The translations under genes were made by a program, and so were the position numbers. A stretch of 64,000 bases of DNA from Eledone cirrhosa (Eukaryota). Under the pieces are notes generated by a model, which was given only the letters and a program-made list of their open reading frames with translations, searched no databases and was not told the origin of the DNA. The DNA is taken from assembly GCA_964016885.1 (NCBI GenBank), contig OZ024741.1:399714001-399778000 (forward strand). The letters are read 5' to 3'. Positions 38,280-51,725 of this stretch are shown piece by piece (within the stretch, counting starts at the first letter, position 1; every line of letters starts with the position of its first letter).

Positions 38280-41200
38280 CCGTATTAGTGTGGTATAGAC
38301 AAGTACATATGTTGTTGAGGTGTATAACTTTGTCAATACTCTGATATGCCCAGTTCCTGGTTGGGTTGTTATTTCACTGAGGAGCTGGAATCATATGAAT
38401 TCAAACAAACGAATTTCAGTGTCATGGGCTTCTTCTCCTCTCATTGGTCAGTTGTTAGAACATTCCTCATTCAAAAGTCCATAGAAATTCGTTCTGAGGC
38501 AAGCCAATCTGCAGTTGTTGTTCTTGTTATTGTTAGGTACATCTGACCTCAATTCTTGTGTTGGTAGTGTTGTTATTGTTGGAGTTAGCTCAAAAAATTG
38601 ATAAAGTGGTAGAAGGAATAAGATGGTAAATGAACAAAATAACAAAAATATGTCAAACTTCCCATTGGTCAGTTTTGAGAGCATTCCTCAGTCAGAAGTC
38701 TATAGAAATTCTTTCTAAGGTGAGGCTCCCTGTAGTGTTTGTGTTTGCTATTGTTAAGTACATCTGACCTCTACCTTTATTTTGGTAGTGTTGTTGGTGT
38801 TGTGGTCAGCTTATGTCTTGCTGCTGCTGACAATTTAGAAGTATCTATGTGTGTGTTTTTTCATCCCTCCTGCCACCATCTCCTGAGGTGGTGGTGGTGG
38901 TGGGGAGGGGGGGGGGGGTTCTTCGATGTATATGAAGAAATATAAGGCAATAAAATGAAGAAAACAGAAAATAAATAATAAATAGAGAATAAAGAATGAA
39001 TGAAAAATTAATGAAAATGTAATGAAAATGAATATGGAGAAGTGAAAAATAAAATGAAGATTGAAATAAAGTAAGATAAAGTGTGTGTGTGCTATAACCA
39101 ATCTCAAGGTCAGAAATATGTTGGATATATTGGTATGAGAAACAAGATGGTAAAAGAATAAAAGAATATTTTACATTACTCCGGAGTAACCAAACCAACC
39201 TGCGCACTTCGTCGAGTGCTCCAATCTGCATACTGAGGTGTTGGTATACAACCAGCATATACTCAAAATCTATCTAGCTCCCACACGGGTTGAGCGCTTC
39301 AAACATTAGCGGACTTAAGTCACTATGGATAAACTGGCAACCTTAGCGTCACTGAAGGTCATCCGCCTACCTGACAAACGAGAATACACCAGTGATCTAA
39401 TCAAGTGTACGGACTCCCTCGTCCGTAGGATGAGATGGAAGGCGTTCCACTTCGAAAGAGGAACGCAAAAAATTACCAACACACAAAACATGGAGTACCT
39501 TTTTCGATCAAGGAGGAATCCCCCCTCCCCCACAACAGACTAATGGAGGAGTTTGAAAACGAGATGATTAACATCATATCCAACCTCAAATTCTCCGGAA
39601 ACCCAAGCAGAAGTCAGGAGTACCTCAGACACCTGAGAAACCGGATTACAGTACTTAAAGAGACAACTGGAATACTTGTCCATGCTGACAAAACCAACAA
39701 CCTCTACAACATGAACACTGAACTGTATAATAAGCTAATTCTCAGGGAACTGGGGAAGTGCTACAAAAAAACACCTGGATTTACCCTGGATGAGATCAAT
39801 GCCACAGCTTACAGGATTATATCTAGACTCGGCAAAGAGGACAGGACGGCCCCATATCAACCAAGGGAGCCGCGGATTACCCTTAAAGATCACAAGCCAA
39901 ACTTTGAGTCCAACCTCCCTGTCAGACTAATAGCCCCCTCCAGATCTGACCTAGGGATCGTCAGTAAAAGAATACTAGATAGGATTTTGCCCAAGCTTCG
40001 GAAGAAAACTAAATTACAGCAATGGTCATGCACGGGAGAAGTAATAGAATGGTTTAAGATACTACATGAGAGAAGTAAGACCAGCTTTATACAACTGGAT
40101 ATCGCAAGCTACTACTCCGCAATCTCACTCAATAAGCCCCTATTTTTAACGATGTCCAATACGGACCTAACCCGAGAGGAGGTGAGCATCATCCACGCCG
40201 CAAGAAAGACCTTAATCCGTTTCGATGGAGACCTTTGGACCAGGAGTGATTGGCCAAATAACTTTGACATCACGATAGGCTCCAGCGACTCAGCGCAGGT
40301 AACGGACCTGGTTGGGCTCTTCCTGCTGAAGCAGATAAAAAATGAAATCCCCTGCCTGGGCAGCGGATTATATCGTGACGATGCTCTATTCACAGTATAT
40401 GACCACAGCACCAATATGTTGGAGGGAATGAGAAGGCGTATTCGCCATTTCTTTAAGAACCAGGGGCTCAGTATCGAACTAGACCCAAATAGGAAGGTAG
40501 TTAACTTCCTAGACACCACCCTAAACCTGAACACCGAACAATACCCCTACCACAAGCCCAACGAGAAACTCGTATATGTTAACGCCAAATCAAACCACCC
40601 TAGATCCATAACCAAGGCCGTGGTGAAGAGTGTCTCGGACAGGATCTCCAGCCTGTCCGCAAGTAAGGAAATATTCGATAACAACGCGGAATATTACAAC
40701 GCAGCTCTAAATAAGGCGGCACATGGCCAAAATATAACATATAGTCCGAAACGCCGGGATGGGGATGGCCCAATGGACACCCGCATCCGCGTTGCCCGGG
40801 GGAGGCGAACCCTAACAATAAAGGCAGAACAAAAACAAATAGGCACCATGAGCCCGACACCACCACACGGGCGTTGGTGACTAGTACGCTTAACCATGAG
40901 ATGAAACCCAATATGAGTAGCAGTCTCAGGGGTGACGCTAACCACCCCAAGACCGACGACCCCCAACCGCAGGACACGTGGGGGCGGAACGGGGGACTAC
41001 CCCGCGATAGATCTCCCAGCGCGGGCAACGACCACCCCACAGATTCGGGCGGTGAAGATAGCAAGACGCATAGCGTCCAAAGGGGAAGCAACAGTGCGGG
41101 AACCACCAGCAACCCAACAAATCTCCAACAACTCATGACGCCCCGACCCACACATATAGGAGGAGACACAGAAAAATCACGTGGTACAATCCACCCTACT

Positions 41201-43218
41201 CAGCGGCCCTAAAGAACAGCTTGGCCCGATCATTCTTTGGAGCACTTGATAAATGCTTCCCGAGGGACCATAGATACCACAGGATCTTCAACAGACACAC
41301 GGTGAAGTTTTCGTATTCCACAACGAGAAATCTGGCCCAACACATAGTTAGCATCAACAGGAGTAGGCTTAAAAACCACACACAACCATAAGATGGCAAT
41401 ACAAGCACTCAGCAGAAACATGTGAAAGGAGGGAAGGGGGACCTAGTTCCCACCCAAGAAACCCAAACAGACCCGGGGACCCCCCACCGTGCCTGGGGGA
41501 AGACCACCATGTAACACCTAACGGGAACCCCATTCTAGGCACGCAGAGGTCGAACACCCTCTGGAACTGCAGAAACCCCGAATCATGCCCCCTTGGTAAT
41601 GAATGCCTTAAGAAGAACCTAGTATACGGTTGTAGGGTTAAAAACCCCAACTCCGAACACCTCTACATAGGAGCCACATCAACGAGCTTTAAAGACCGCT
41701 GGTACAACCATCGCCATTCCTTCAATAAGGAGGCCAAAAAGAAAAGCACGGCTCTCTCTGACCTGATCTGGAAGCTTAAGCTGGACAGTACTCTCAGGCC
41801 TGGTACATAATCAGGAAAGTACCACCCGATAAAGGGGATCTTGCATATGCAAACTATGCCTGAACGAGACCCTCGAGATACTAAGAGGTGGAAGCGGCCT
41901 GATAAACCTCAGAACCGACTTCTTTGGGACATGCAGACACCTCAGATCCGGGACCTTCCTCAAGATATATGGAAAGTAGCAACACAAGAAGATGTGAACT
42001 CCCCTCAAGCGATAGGGACTTCTCCAGAACATGTAGACACCTCTCAGCCAGCTATATGGGCAATAACAACACCCTAGGTTGAGAACTCCCCTCAAGCCAT
42101 AGGGACCAACCCAGGCTGAGCTGACACCATGATAGCCTAGAGATTGATTCGGACACAGCCATTATAATTTGGCCAACATCTTTATAATACAAACACATTT
42201 TATTTTACTTGATTTCTCTTTATTAATTTGTTATTTGTTTTCTGTTCTCTTCTTCACTTTATCACCTTATATTTATTTTTAAGTTGAGATTGGTTATAAC
42301 ACAAACACATTTTATTTGATTATCTTATTCTTTTATTCTTTTACCATCTTGTTTCTCATACCAATATATCCAACATATTTCTGACCTTGAGATTGGTTAT
42401 AGCACACACACACTTTATCTTACTTTATTTCAATCTTCATTTTATTTTTCACTTCTCCATATTCATTTTCATTACTTTTTCATTAATTTTTCATTCATTC
42501 TTTATTCTCTATTTATTATTTATTTTCTGTTTTCTTCATTTTATTGCCTTATATTTCTTCATATACATCGAAGAACCCCCCCCCCCCCCTCCCCACCACC
42601 ACCACCACCTCAGGAGATGGTGGCAGGAGGGATGAAAAAACACACACATAGATACTTCTAAATTGTCAGCAGCAGCAAGACATAAGCTGACCACAACACC
42701 AACAACACTACCAAAATAAAGGTAGAGGTCAGATGTACTTAACAATAGCAAACACAAACACTACAGGGAGCCTCACCTTAGAAAGAATTTCTATAGACTT
42801 CTGACTGAGGAATGCTCTCAAAACTGACCAATGGGAAGTTTGACATATTTTTGTTATTTTGTTCATTTACCATCTTATTCCTTCTACCACTTTATCAATT
42901 TTTTTGAGCTAACTCCAACAATAACAACACTACCAACACAAGAATTGAGGTCAGATGTACCTAACAATAACAAGAACAACAACTGCAGATTGGCTTGCCT
43001 CAGAACAAATTTCTATAGACTTTTGAATGAGGAATGTTCTAAGAACTGACCAATGAGAGGAGAAGAAGCCCTTTGACACTGAAATTCGTTTGTTTGAATT
43101 CATATGATTCCAGTTCCTCAGTGAAATAACAACCCAACCAGGAACTGGGCATATCAGAGTATTGACAAAGTTATACACCTCAACAACATATGTACTTGTC
43201 TATACCACACTAATTCGG

Positions 43219-43273
43219 ACTGCCTGAAGAGGTCACAACCAAAGATGGCTGTCACCGAAATATATATAGCAGT
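43219..43273 (+). ncRNA. Type I hammerhead ribozyme motif in the PLE pLTR
   Basis: actgc-CTGAAGA-ggtcacaacca/aaga/tggctgtcacc-GAAA-tatata-TA-gcagt: 5-bp stem I, intact core and a palindromic stem III of the PLE dimer type. Confidence 0.85.
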
Positions 43274-43484
43274 AATAAACGAAGCTAAATTTTAAACATT
43301 TGACATTTATTTTATCTTATTTTACATTACTCCGGAGTAACCAAACCAACCTGCGCACTTCGTCGAGTGCTCCAATCTACATACTGAGTTGTTGGTATAC
43401 AACCAACATATACTCAAAATCTCTATATATATATATAATAGTAGTAACAATAATATGATTAACTAGAGTAGTTAAACTGCTTTA

Positions 43485-44940
43485 CCAACTGACTTGGTAA
43501 ACACACAAAATTATTAACCATCTTGCCAACAACAACCCTGAGTACCTTTTTGATTTCCATGTGTCTAACACATGTGGGCATGCCAACAAAGTCAGAAAAC
43601 AGCACAGCTCCCATGACTTTCGGAAACATTTTTTCACGCTCTGAGTTGCTGAAGCATGGAACAAACTACCTGCATCAGTTGTTAGTTGTCAGGACAATGC
43701 ATCCTTTAAAACCTCCATGGAACAAACTACCTGCATCAGTTGTTAGCTGTCGAGACACTGCATCCTTTACAAACCTCCATGGAACAAAGTACCTGCATCA
43801 GTTGTTAGCTGTCGAGACACTGCATCCTTTAAAACCTCCATGGAACAAACTACCTGCATCAGTTGTTAGCTGTCAAGACACTGCATCCTTTAAAACCTCC
43901 ATGGAACAAACTACCTGCATCAGTTGTTAGCTGTCAAGACACTGCATCCTTTAAAACCTCCATGGAACAAACTACCTGCATCAGTTGTTAGCTGTCGAGA
44001 CACTGCATCCTTTAAAGCCTCCATGGAACAAACTACCTGCATCAGTTGTTAGCTGTCGAGACACTGCATCCTTTAAAGCCTCCATGGAACAAACTACCTG
44101 CATCAGTTGTTAGCTGTCGAGACACTGCATCCTTTAAAACCTCCATGGAACAAACTACCTGCATCAGTTGTTAGCTGTCGAGACACTGCATCCTTTAAAA
44201 CCTCCATGGAACAAACTACCTGCATCAGTTGTTAGCTGTCGAGACACTGCATCCTTTAAAACCTCCATGGAACAAACTACCTGCATCAGTTGTTAGCTGT
44301 CGAGACACTGCATCCTTTAAAACCTCCATGGAACAAACTACCTGCATCAGTTGTTAGCTGTCGAGACACTGCATCCTTTAAAGCCTCCATGGAACAAACT
44401 ACCTGCATCAGTTGTTAGCTGTCGAGACACTGCATCCTTTAAAGCCTCCATGGAACAAACTACCTGCATCAGTTGTTAGCTGTCGAGACACTGCATCCTT
44501 TAAAACCTCCATGGAACAAACTACCTGCATCAGTTGTTAGCTGTCGAGACACTGCATCCTTTAAAACCTCCATGGAACAAACTACCTGCATCAGTTGTTA
44601 GCTGTCGAGACACTGCATCCTTTAAAGCCTCCATGGAACAAACTACCTGCATCAGTTGTTAGCTGTCGAGACACTGCATCCTTTAAAGCCTCCATGGAAC
44701 AAACTACCTGCATCAGTTATTAGCTGTCGAGACACTGCATCCTTTAAAACCTCCATGCTTCCTGAGATTCGCCAACACTACACCTAATATTCCCCCTCCA
44801 TATGCAAGCACACATGTATATCATGACTCATACACTATTCACCTCCCTGACATTTGTACATTATTCTATGTACTATACATGTACCTTTGATGAGTTGTAG
44901 TGCACCTGAGCACTGTACACAATAATTTCATTATTTTTAT
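43485..44940 (+). mobile_element. CR1-like LINE 3' fragment containing 18 tandem copies of a 61-bp unit (43655-44754)
   Basis: GHANKVRKQHS..KHFFTL.VAEAWNKLPASVVSCRDTASFK is a CR1-type C-terminus. A second copy at 63370-63872 has only 2 units and an (ATT)n tail. Confidence 0.85.
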
Positions 44941-45174
44941 TAAAAGCTCGATGCAGTGGAGATCACACAGAGCTGTCTTATATAAATTTCAAAATCACCG
45001 AAGATTCAATGCATTATCAAACTGATATATGTTTCTGTTGGCTTAAAATCTCCTCCCTTGAAAAATGTTATGATTTTATAACTTAACCTTCATGTGTTGA
45101 TTCAGAGTCGGATTCATCAGAGTTTATTTAGGCATCACCAATATTTCACATAAGTTAGAAGTTCACTATTTTAA

Positions 45175-45395
45175 CCCTTTAGCAGTTACATTACTCTATA
45201 TTTACTATTATATTTTCATAGTAAAGGCTTTACCTCACATAATTATCTCACATAATATCAAATCTATGAGATATTGATATTATTTATTTTGAGAACAATA
45301 CCTTAATATCAGTATAACTGGCCGGTTACAGCCAGTTTGGACAGAAAGAGGTGAGAGAATTCTGGCCGGATACAGACGGTTTAAATGTTAAAGGG
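45175..45395. mobile_element. piggyBac-type MITE
   Basis: ttaa|ccctttagca ... tgttaaaggg|ttaa. Same family as 56076-56487 and a partial copy at ~14405-14612. Confidence 0.75.
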
Positions 45396-46687
45396 TTAAA
45401 GTGTTCATTCATCATTCATTATGGTAAAAGATTACAGGAATATTTTTTATATCTTTAAAAATTCCAAAAATTTCAAAGAATTCTTTAAAAAGTAGTTTCA
45501 AAAATAATTTCATAAAGCCATTCAAAAATAGTTCAAGTTTAGCAATGCTGTCGGGTGACCATGCTTGTGAGAATTAGAGAGAATTCTATTTTGTTACAAT
45601 TATAGGGAATTTTACTTTCAAAGATTGTATTTATAGGCTTAGAGTCATTATTAAAAGAAGTTAGCAGTGGGTTGGCAGTATCGGTAAAGGATCAGACGCC
45701 ATGCTTTATAGCATAGAGTTACGGCCCTTTATGATCTGAGTTCAAGTCCCACCGAGGTTAACGTTGCCTTTCATCCTTACGAGGTCGATAAAATAAAGTA
45801 CTAGTAGTACACTGGGGTAATTGCAGGCCTTGTGCCAAAAGTAGAAACAATTATTAAAAGATTTTCAGTAATAAAATCCTGAGAATATTTCTTGAGAAGT
45901 TCTATATTCCTACATGAAGTTGGGTTCAGAGGTATCAATGGTTGCCTGTAGTTGGATATATTCCTGATTTTATTTTAGATTTGTTTAGTACCATATAGTG
46001 AAGGTATGTGGCTGAGTGGTTAGAGAATTGGATTCACAATCTTGAGGTTGTGAGTTTGATTCCTGGACCAGGCAATGCGTTATGTACTTGAGCAAGACAC
46101 TTTATTTCACGTTGCTCCTTCTACCTGGAGTTGCGACCGATAGATAGTATTAGCAATTGGAAAGACCGACGAAAACATTGTTTCCTCGGTCTGATTTGAT
46201 AAAAGTCAATCGATCCTTTTAGTACCATATACACATGTAATAATTATAACAATAAAACTATAAATACATAAAATCTATAATAAATAAAGTTGAACTTACT
46301 AAACACATTAATAGTAAACATGTCTGACTCTAATGGCTTAATATCAACTAGACTACAATATGTTTACTAAGGATTTACACCCAGCAGTGAATAAGCACAT
46401 GTGTGGATCGGCATAAATGAGGACAAAGTGCTCAATACCATAGTTGAGAGTTTATCATATAACTGAGATTACTCTTCACTGTTATTCTGAGATTTTAAAA
46501 TTATTTCTTGCTGATCAGGTGGTATTTCAAAGCCTAGTCATCATCACCATTTAATGTCCATTTAACATGCTTGCATCGATTAGACGAGTTGTCATGTTAT
46601 GTGACAAATCAGGTCCAGAGACCACATCATGCTCATATATACAGTATATATAGCAAATATGAAGGCACATGGCTTAGTAGTTAGGAC

Positions 46688-47784
46688 ATCATCATCATCA
46701 TCATCATCATCACCGTTTTACGTCCGTTCTTCCACGCTAGCATGGGTTAGACGGGTTGTCCTGTTGTGGGCAGTGTCTGGTCGGCTGACCATGCCTTGCT
46801 CATACAGGAACTGATCTGGCTTGATTTCTACAGCTGGATGCCCTTCCTAACACCAACCTCATTTACAGTGAGTGCTGGGTGCTTTTTCGTGGCGCCTACA
46901 CGTCCACTTTACAGTGTGGGCTGGGTGCTTTTTTGCCGTGGCACCTCCACGACCACCTTGCGGTGGGGGGGGGGGGGGCATATTGTTTATATGCTTCAGC
47001 ATGTACCCATGGGAGGTCGGGTACCCTGTATTACTGCGTGACGCCAGAAGTCACGGTCGTGTGTCATTGACTTTGAGAGGTGTAGTTGGGTAAGGTCGGC
47101 TTTTATCACCTCATCCCAAGTCATCTTGGGTCTCCCCACTCCGCGGTTTCCATCAACTTCTAGTGCTCTGCACCTTTTTATGCAGCTGTCATCCTTCATA
47201 CGCATCACATGTCCATACCAGCGTAACCGCCTCTCCTGCACGCAGCATTTGATTCCTCTTATGCTCAGTCTCTCTCTCAATTCATTTATGCTTTGTCGTT
47301 CACGTATATTACTGTTACACATCCATCGGAGCATGCAGGCTTCGTTTCTCTCTAATCTACGTAAGTCTTCCACCTTCAGCGCCCAGGTCTCACTACCATG
47401 CAACATCGCTGTTCGGATACACGCATCATACAGTCTGCCTTTCATTCTGAGGGAGAAGCCTTTTGCAGCTAGCAGTGGTAGTAGTTCCCTAAACTTCTTC
47501 CATCCCGTTCTTACCCTAGTTATTGTACTTTCTGAGCACCCACCTCCGTTGCTAATTCGGTCACCTAGGTAGCAGAAGCTGTCTACTGTTTCTACAGGGC
47601 CCTCCCAGAGATTGGTGGTACTTGTTTCCTGTGGCTGTTTGCTTGCTGTTTCAGCACAGCTGCTGCATGTGAATCCTACATTCTTAATTAAGCTTCCTGA
47701 GATCCCGCTACATCTCTTGTGTACCCATTGTTTGCATTTGGGGCAAAGAATGGAGTTCCTACCTACACCTTTCCTACATACTGA
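46688..47784 (-). mobile_element. 5'-truncated young RTE LINE copy inserted into a SINE
   Basis: Reverse complement of 52894-53942; the 148-aa antisense ORFs of the two copies differ at one residue. It splits a family-B SINE (46660-46687 and ~47815-47930), with duplicated 12-mers at the 5' junction. Confidence 0.93.
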
Positions 47785-48181
47785 TTACAATCTGGATTAC
47801 AATCAGGAATACAATCTGGATTACAATCAGGAAGGTGGGAGTTCAATTCCTAGATCAGGCAGTGTGTTCTGTTATTGAGAAAAACACTTTATTTCACATT
47901 GTTCCAGTTCACTCAGCAGTAGAAACGAGTTTTAATGTCACCAGTGCCAAGCTGTATTGGCCATTGCCTGGTATACATGGGTGAGTGCTGGTCTTCTACA
48001 AACAACCTTGCCCGGACTTGTGCCTTGGAGGAGAACTTTCTAGGTACAAATCCTGTGGTCTGAAGGGGGTCTTTATGTAGACAATGTCTATGAAAAATGT
48101 TGCTATAAAAAAAAATGGAAAATATACTATCATTGATTATATTTATTTTAAAGGGAACTAGGTAAATAAAAAGATAAATAC

Positions 48182-48595
48182 CTGGAAAGCAGGCTTTAAT
48201 AGATATCCACACTTGATAAATTGTAACCATTGGCTTTGGAGACTCAAGAATAATTTTCAATTTTTGTGCTTTCATTTCCGTCTTTAATAAAAGACTTTCT
48301 GTTACATCTGCTGCTAAAAGATTGTATGTCTGTGTCTTTTCATCCCATGAACTGACGGAGAAAGTTTGAACATTGCCGCTCACAATCACTTCAACTAGTG
48401 TTACTCCAGCTGAGCTGTTTGTAAGAGTTACAAAAAGAGTTGGTTTTTCATTGCTAGTAGGGACTGGAACCAACCATCCTGGTCTACCAGGACGAACGTT
48501 AGTAATGCTGTGATCTTCAAAAGTTGGATATCCAATGATGGCAGTGTCTGGGATTAGTACAGCTTGTTCCATTCCATCAGTAACAACACAAGGAA
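48182..48595 (-). CDS. Mucin-like gene exon: divergent F5/8 type C (discoidin-like) domain 2
   Basis: ttttcag acceptor, gtattt donor, 414 nt, phase 1->1. PCVVTDGMEQAVLIPDTAI...VRPGRPGWLVPVP...GNVQTFSV...VWISIKACFP: terminal Cys pair plus the GME..IPD start and xCF end of FA58C-like folds; paralogous to 59095-59532. Confidence 0.85.
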
Positions 48596-49221
48596 CTGAA
48601 AATAATTGAAGTTGATGTAAATAATTAGATTTTAAACAGCCTAATACACAATATCATCATCATCAACAACAACACCTTCATTATTGCAATCAAAAGTATC
48701 CCACGTGTAGTTGGTAGAACAACCAGAAATAGCAACCAAATCTTTCTCAAATCACACCCTTCAATGTTAAATAGAGAGGCACATACTGGTTAGATTTTTG
48801 TAACCCCCTCCTCCTCAATTTCCTGGCTACTGGTTTCCTTTCGGTAAATCCTACAGAAATTTTCTGGCTACTAGTTTTGTTTTGGTAACCCCTACCCCCA
48901 GATTTCCTAGCTACTGGTTTATTTTCTGAAACTCCTTCCCTCAGATTTCTTAGCTATTGGTTTGATTTTTGTAACCCCTCCTCCCCAATTTTGCAACCCC
49001 TTCGCCCAAATTTCCAAGCTACTGGTTTGATTTTTGTAACCCAAGACATATGCTTAACAATGAATGAAATAAAATATTTTTAAAAATAAGTTCAACGTTG
49101 AATATTTACACTTATGTTCCATTCACTACAGAGAAAAACTATCTAAAAATTTCAAATTGAAAATTAAAGTTGTATAAAGAATTGGAAATATATAATTGTA
49201 TTTAAATAAAGTCACATATAC

Positions 49222-49287
49222 CTTGTGTTGTAGGTTGTGGATGTGTTCCTATTGTTGGTAACAAACTCGATACTGAGGTAAAATATG
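49222..49287 (-). CDS. Mucin-like gene micro-exon (66 nt)
   Basis: aattacag acceptor, gtatat donor, phase 1->1. (P)YFTSVSSLLPTIGTHPQPTTQ. Confidence 0.7.
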
Positions 49288-49829
49288 CTGTAATTTAAGA
49301 ATTATAAAATGGTAAATGTTATAATTTAGAAATATACTTATTAACATGCATGATATAAATACAATAGACATGTATATATATATATATGTATATGTATATA
49401 TCGTTGTCGTCATCATTTTATGTCCGCTTTTCCCTTCTTGCAAGGGTGGGGTGAGAGCTGATTCTGGCTCGATTTCTACAGCTGGATGCCCTTCCTAACA
49501 CCAACCTCATTCACAGTGAGTGCTGGGTGCTTTTTTTCCATGGTGCCTACACGTCCACTTTACAGTGAGTGCTGAGTGCTTTTTTGCCGTGGCACCTTCA
49601 CAACCACTTTGCAGTGGAATTATAGGGACCCCAGTCCCTATTATCTCATTTCTACAGCTAAGTAAACTGGAGCAATGTGAAATAAAGTGTCTTGCTCAAG
49701 GAAACAACACATCACCCGGTCTGAGAATTGAACTCACAATCTTTCGATTGCAAGGCCAATGCTCTAACCACTAAGCCATATATATAATAATAAACAAGAA
49801 AGACGGTTTCAATTGTACATCTCTATTTA

Positions 49830-49900
49830 TTTTCTTATACGTATTTCAAAGACATATAGCAGTTATATAACATCTGCCATACATGTTCTCTTCAGACCAC
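49830..49900 (-). ncRNA. Degenerate hammerhead-like motif in a (TA)n-flanked remnant
   Basis: CTGAAGA-long stem (acatgtatggcag/ctgctatatgt)-GAAA-tacgta-TA on the minus strand; stem I does not pair. Confidence 0.5.
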
Positions 49901-50282
49901 AATCCAAACGAGATGTAAATATCTATTGATATGTTACCACTCATATATGTTATTCTCTTCGCTGACCAGTAAGCATATGTCCAAAATTCTCAAGCAGCAG
50001 TTCTTATATGTGTGGGATATAGACATTCCAATTGGCGTTGCTGCTTGTGAACTAGCTAAAGTATCAAGTTACCATATATAGAGTGGGTAATAGGAAAAGA
50101 GTCAGGACTCTGATGGCTGAGCTCCGGGTGTTTCCACAGCTAGATCCGAACGCTCATATCTAGCTGTTGAAATGGCCGGAGCTCAGCCATCGAGGTCCTG
50201 ACTCTTTTCCTATTACCCACTCTACGACTCTAAGTACTCTAGTGTGTTATGGTTCACCTGGTATCTTACCACACCCTCTTTG

Positions 50283-50344
<62 letters not shown>

Positions 50345-50687
50345 TAAAATAACAGATTAAAGTTTAATCAAAGAATCACTGCTTTCATCCTTAACGGGAT
50401 CACCTGAGTTTCAGAGCTCAAACCGTTTCAACGGCTATTTCTGGACGCAAAAATAGCCGTCAAAACGGCTTGAGCTCTGCTGTCAGGGTCCTGAACCTTT
50501 TCCTATTAACATATATATATATACAGCTATTTTTTATTATGATTCATATACATGATAATCCATTGCAACTAAGGATTTCATGAGCTAACAAGCCTGCATA
50601 TGGGCAAGCTGTTTTTGTTAGTCATATAATCAGGTAAATGTGCAATTCATGGATGATTGATATCTATAATGTGTGTATAAGTAATTA

Positions 50688-50882
50688 ATAATTGTTTCTA
50701 CTTTTGGCACAAGGCCAGCAATTATCCCAGTGTATTACTGGTACTTTATTTTATCGACCCTGTAAGGATGAAAGGCAAAGTTAACCTCGGCGGGATTTGA
50801 ACTCAGACCATAAAGGGCCGTAACTCTTTGCTGCAAAGCTTGGCGTCCGACCCTCTACCAATACTGCCAATCCACCGCCCTT
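50688..50882 (-). mobile_element. tRNA-derived SINE family A (representative copy)
   Basis: On the minus strand: ggcggtggattggcagta..., B-box-like gagttcaaatcc, aactttgcctttcatcct...gataaaataaagtaccag, and an A/T-rich tail. Other copies near 1279, 12481, 24652, 26655, 27778, 28760, 30181, 45665, 55222, 55435, 57843, 60262. Confidence 0.85.
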
Positions 50883-51725
50883 AAGTAATTAATAATAATT
50901 ATAAATTATATCATATCAACATCTATAAAACATACCTATATTAGAAACATCCAGGAAAGCTTAACACTAAACTGTTTTTTTAATGATATGTTTTAATAAT
51001 TGTTTCTACTTTAGGCACAAGGCCAGCAATTACCCAGTGCCAACACACATTTTGGTGCAAGCACTATTTGAACTGTTTTTTAGTAATTTTGTGGTGCTGA
51101 ATCTAAAAGTAACATCCATTTGTCTTGGTTAGCTCTCATTTTCCCTTTCCTGAATATGCCTATTTTTCCTAAAATCATACATTTTGCTTTCTTGTGACTC
51201 ATTGTTGTCTGATTTTATGGGAATGAAATACTTGTTAAATTATACTGAAGGTGTGCTTCTGATTTCCTATTTTATATCAACAAAATCTTTTTTTTTTAAA
51301 TTGACTTTGTAAATTTCGTTTAATATCAAAAGAAAAAATTATTTTATGTTCAATTCAATAATAATTTTTTTTTAAGTTTCAGTTATTTCTGAGTTTCTAA
51401 GCTCCAATCCTCTTTAAATGTTCTGCCATTAAATCTTGTACTAAATTTCATTAACTTTACATCTGACATATCTCTATTTCTTCAATGATGCTGTATGGCA
51501 GGCAATTTCTATTTTTTTAAATCTTCTGCTTATGTCCCTGTCATTTTAACAACCCCTAGCTCTTGTCTGAAGTTAAGTAATGTTCAACTTAGGATAGTGG
51601 AACCTCGGTTCTACAAGGTCATTCGTCACCCAAAATATTCGTAAACCAAAACTATTTTTCCCATATGAAATGTTGAGAGAGAATACAGTGAGAGAGAGAG
51701 AGACTGTGTATGAAAGATAGCTAGA

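Larger units (their letters stand above)
38172..43422 (+). mobile_element. Near full-length Penelope-like retroelement, Naiad-type, with ~1-kb inverted pLTR arm and ~100-bp direct repeat
   Basis: ORF 39325 to ~41970 with frameshifts: SLKVIRLP..LVRRMRWKAFHF, ADKTNNLY, LDIASYY, YRDDAL, RKITWYNPPYS, IFNRHTVKFSYS, WNCRNPESCPLGNEC, GIY-YIG LVY..YIG, CKLCLNE..TCRH. 38172-39168 is the reverse complement of ~42326-43322, and 39170-39270 is repeated at 43322-43422. The clade call is from remembered motifs, not a tree. Confidence 0.92.

Noticed and set aside
41970-43320. SECIS element in the Naiad-type PLE 3' region
   Set aside because: No convincing AUGA/GA quartet stem with an apical AA found by eye, and no in-frame UGA at a conserved Cys position.
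43655-44754. Regular array superficially like CRISPR
   Set aside because: Head-to-tail units with no unique spacers, eukaryotic context, derived from a LINE.
50934-50972. Possible extra micro-exon ending at a gtatgt donor
   Set aside because: The upstream AG follows an A-run rather than a polypyrimidine tract, and the peptide is not S/T-rich.
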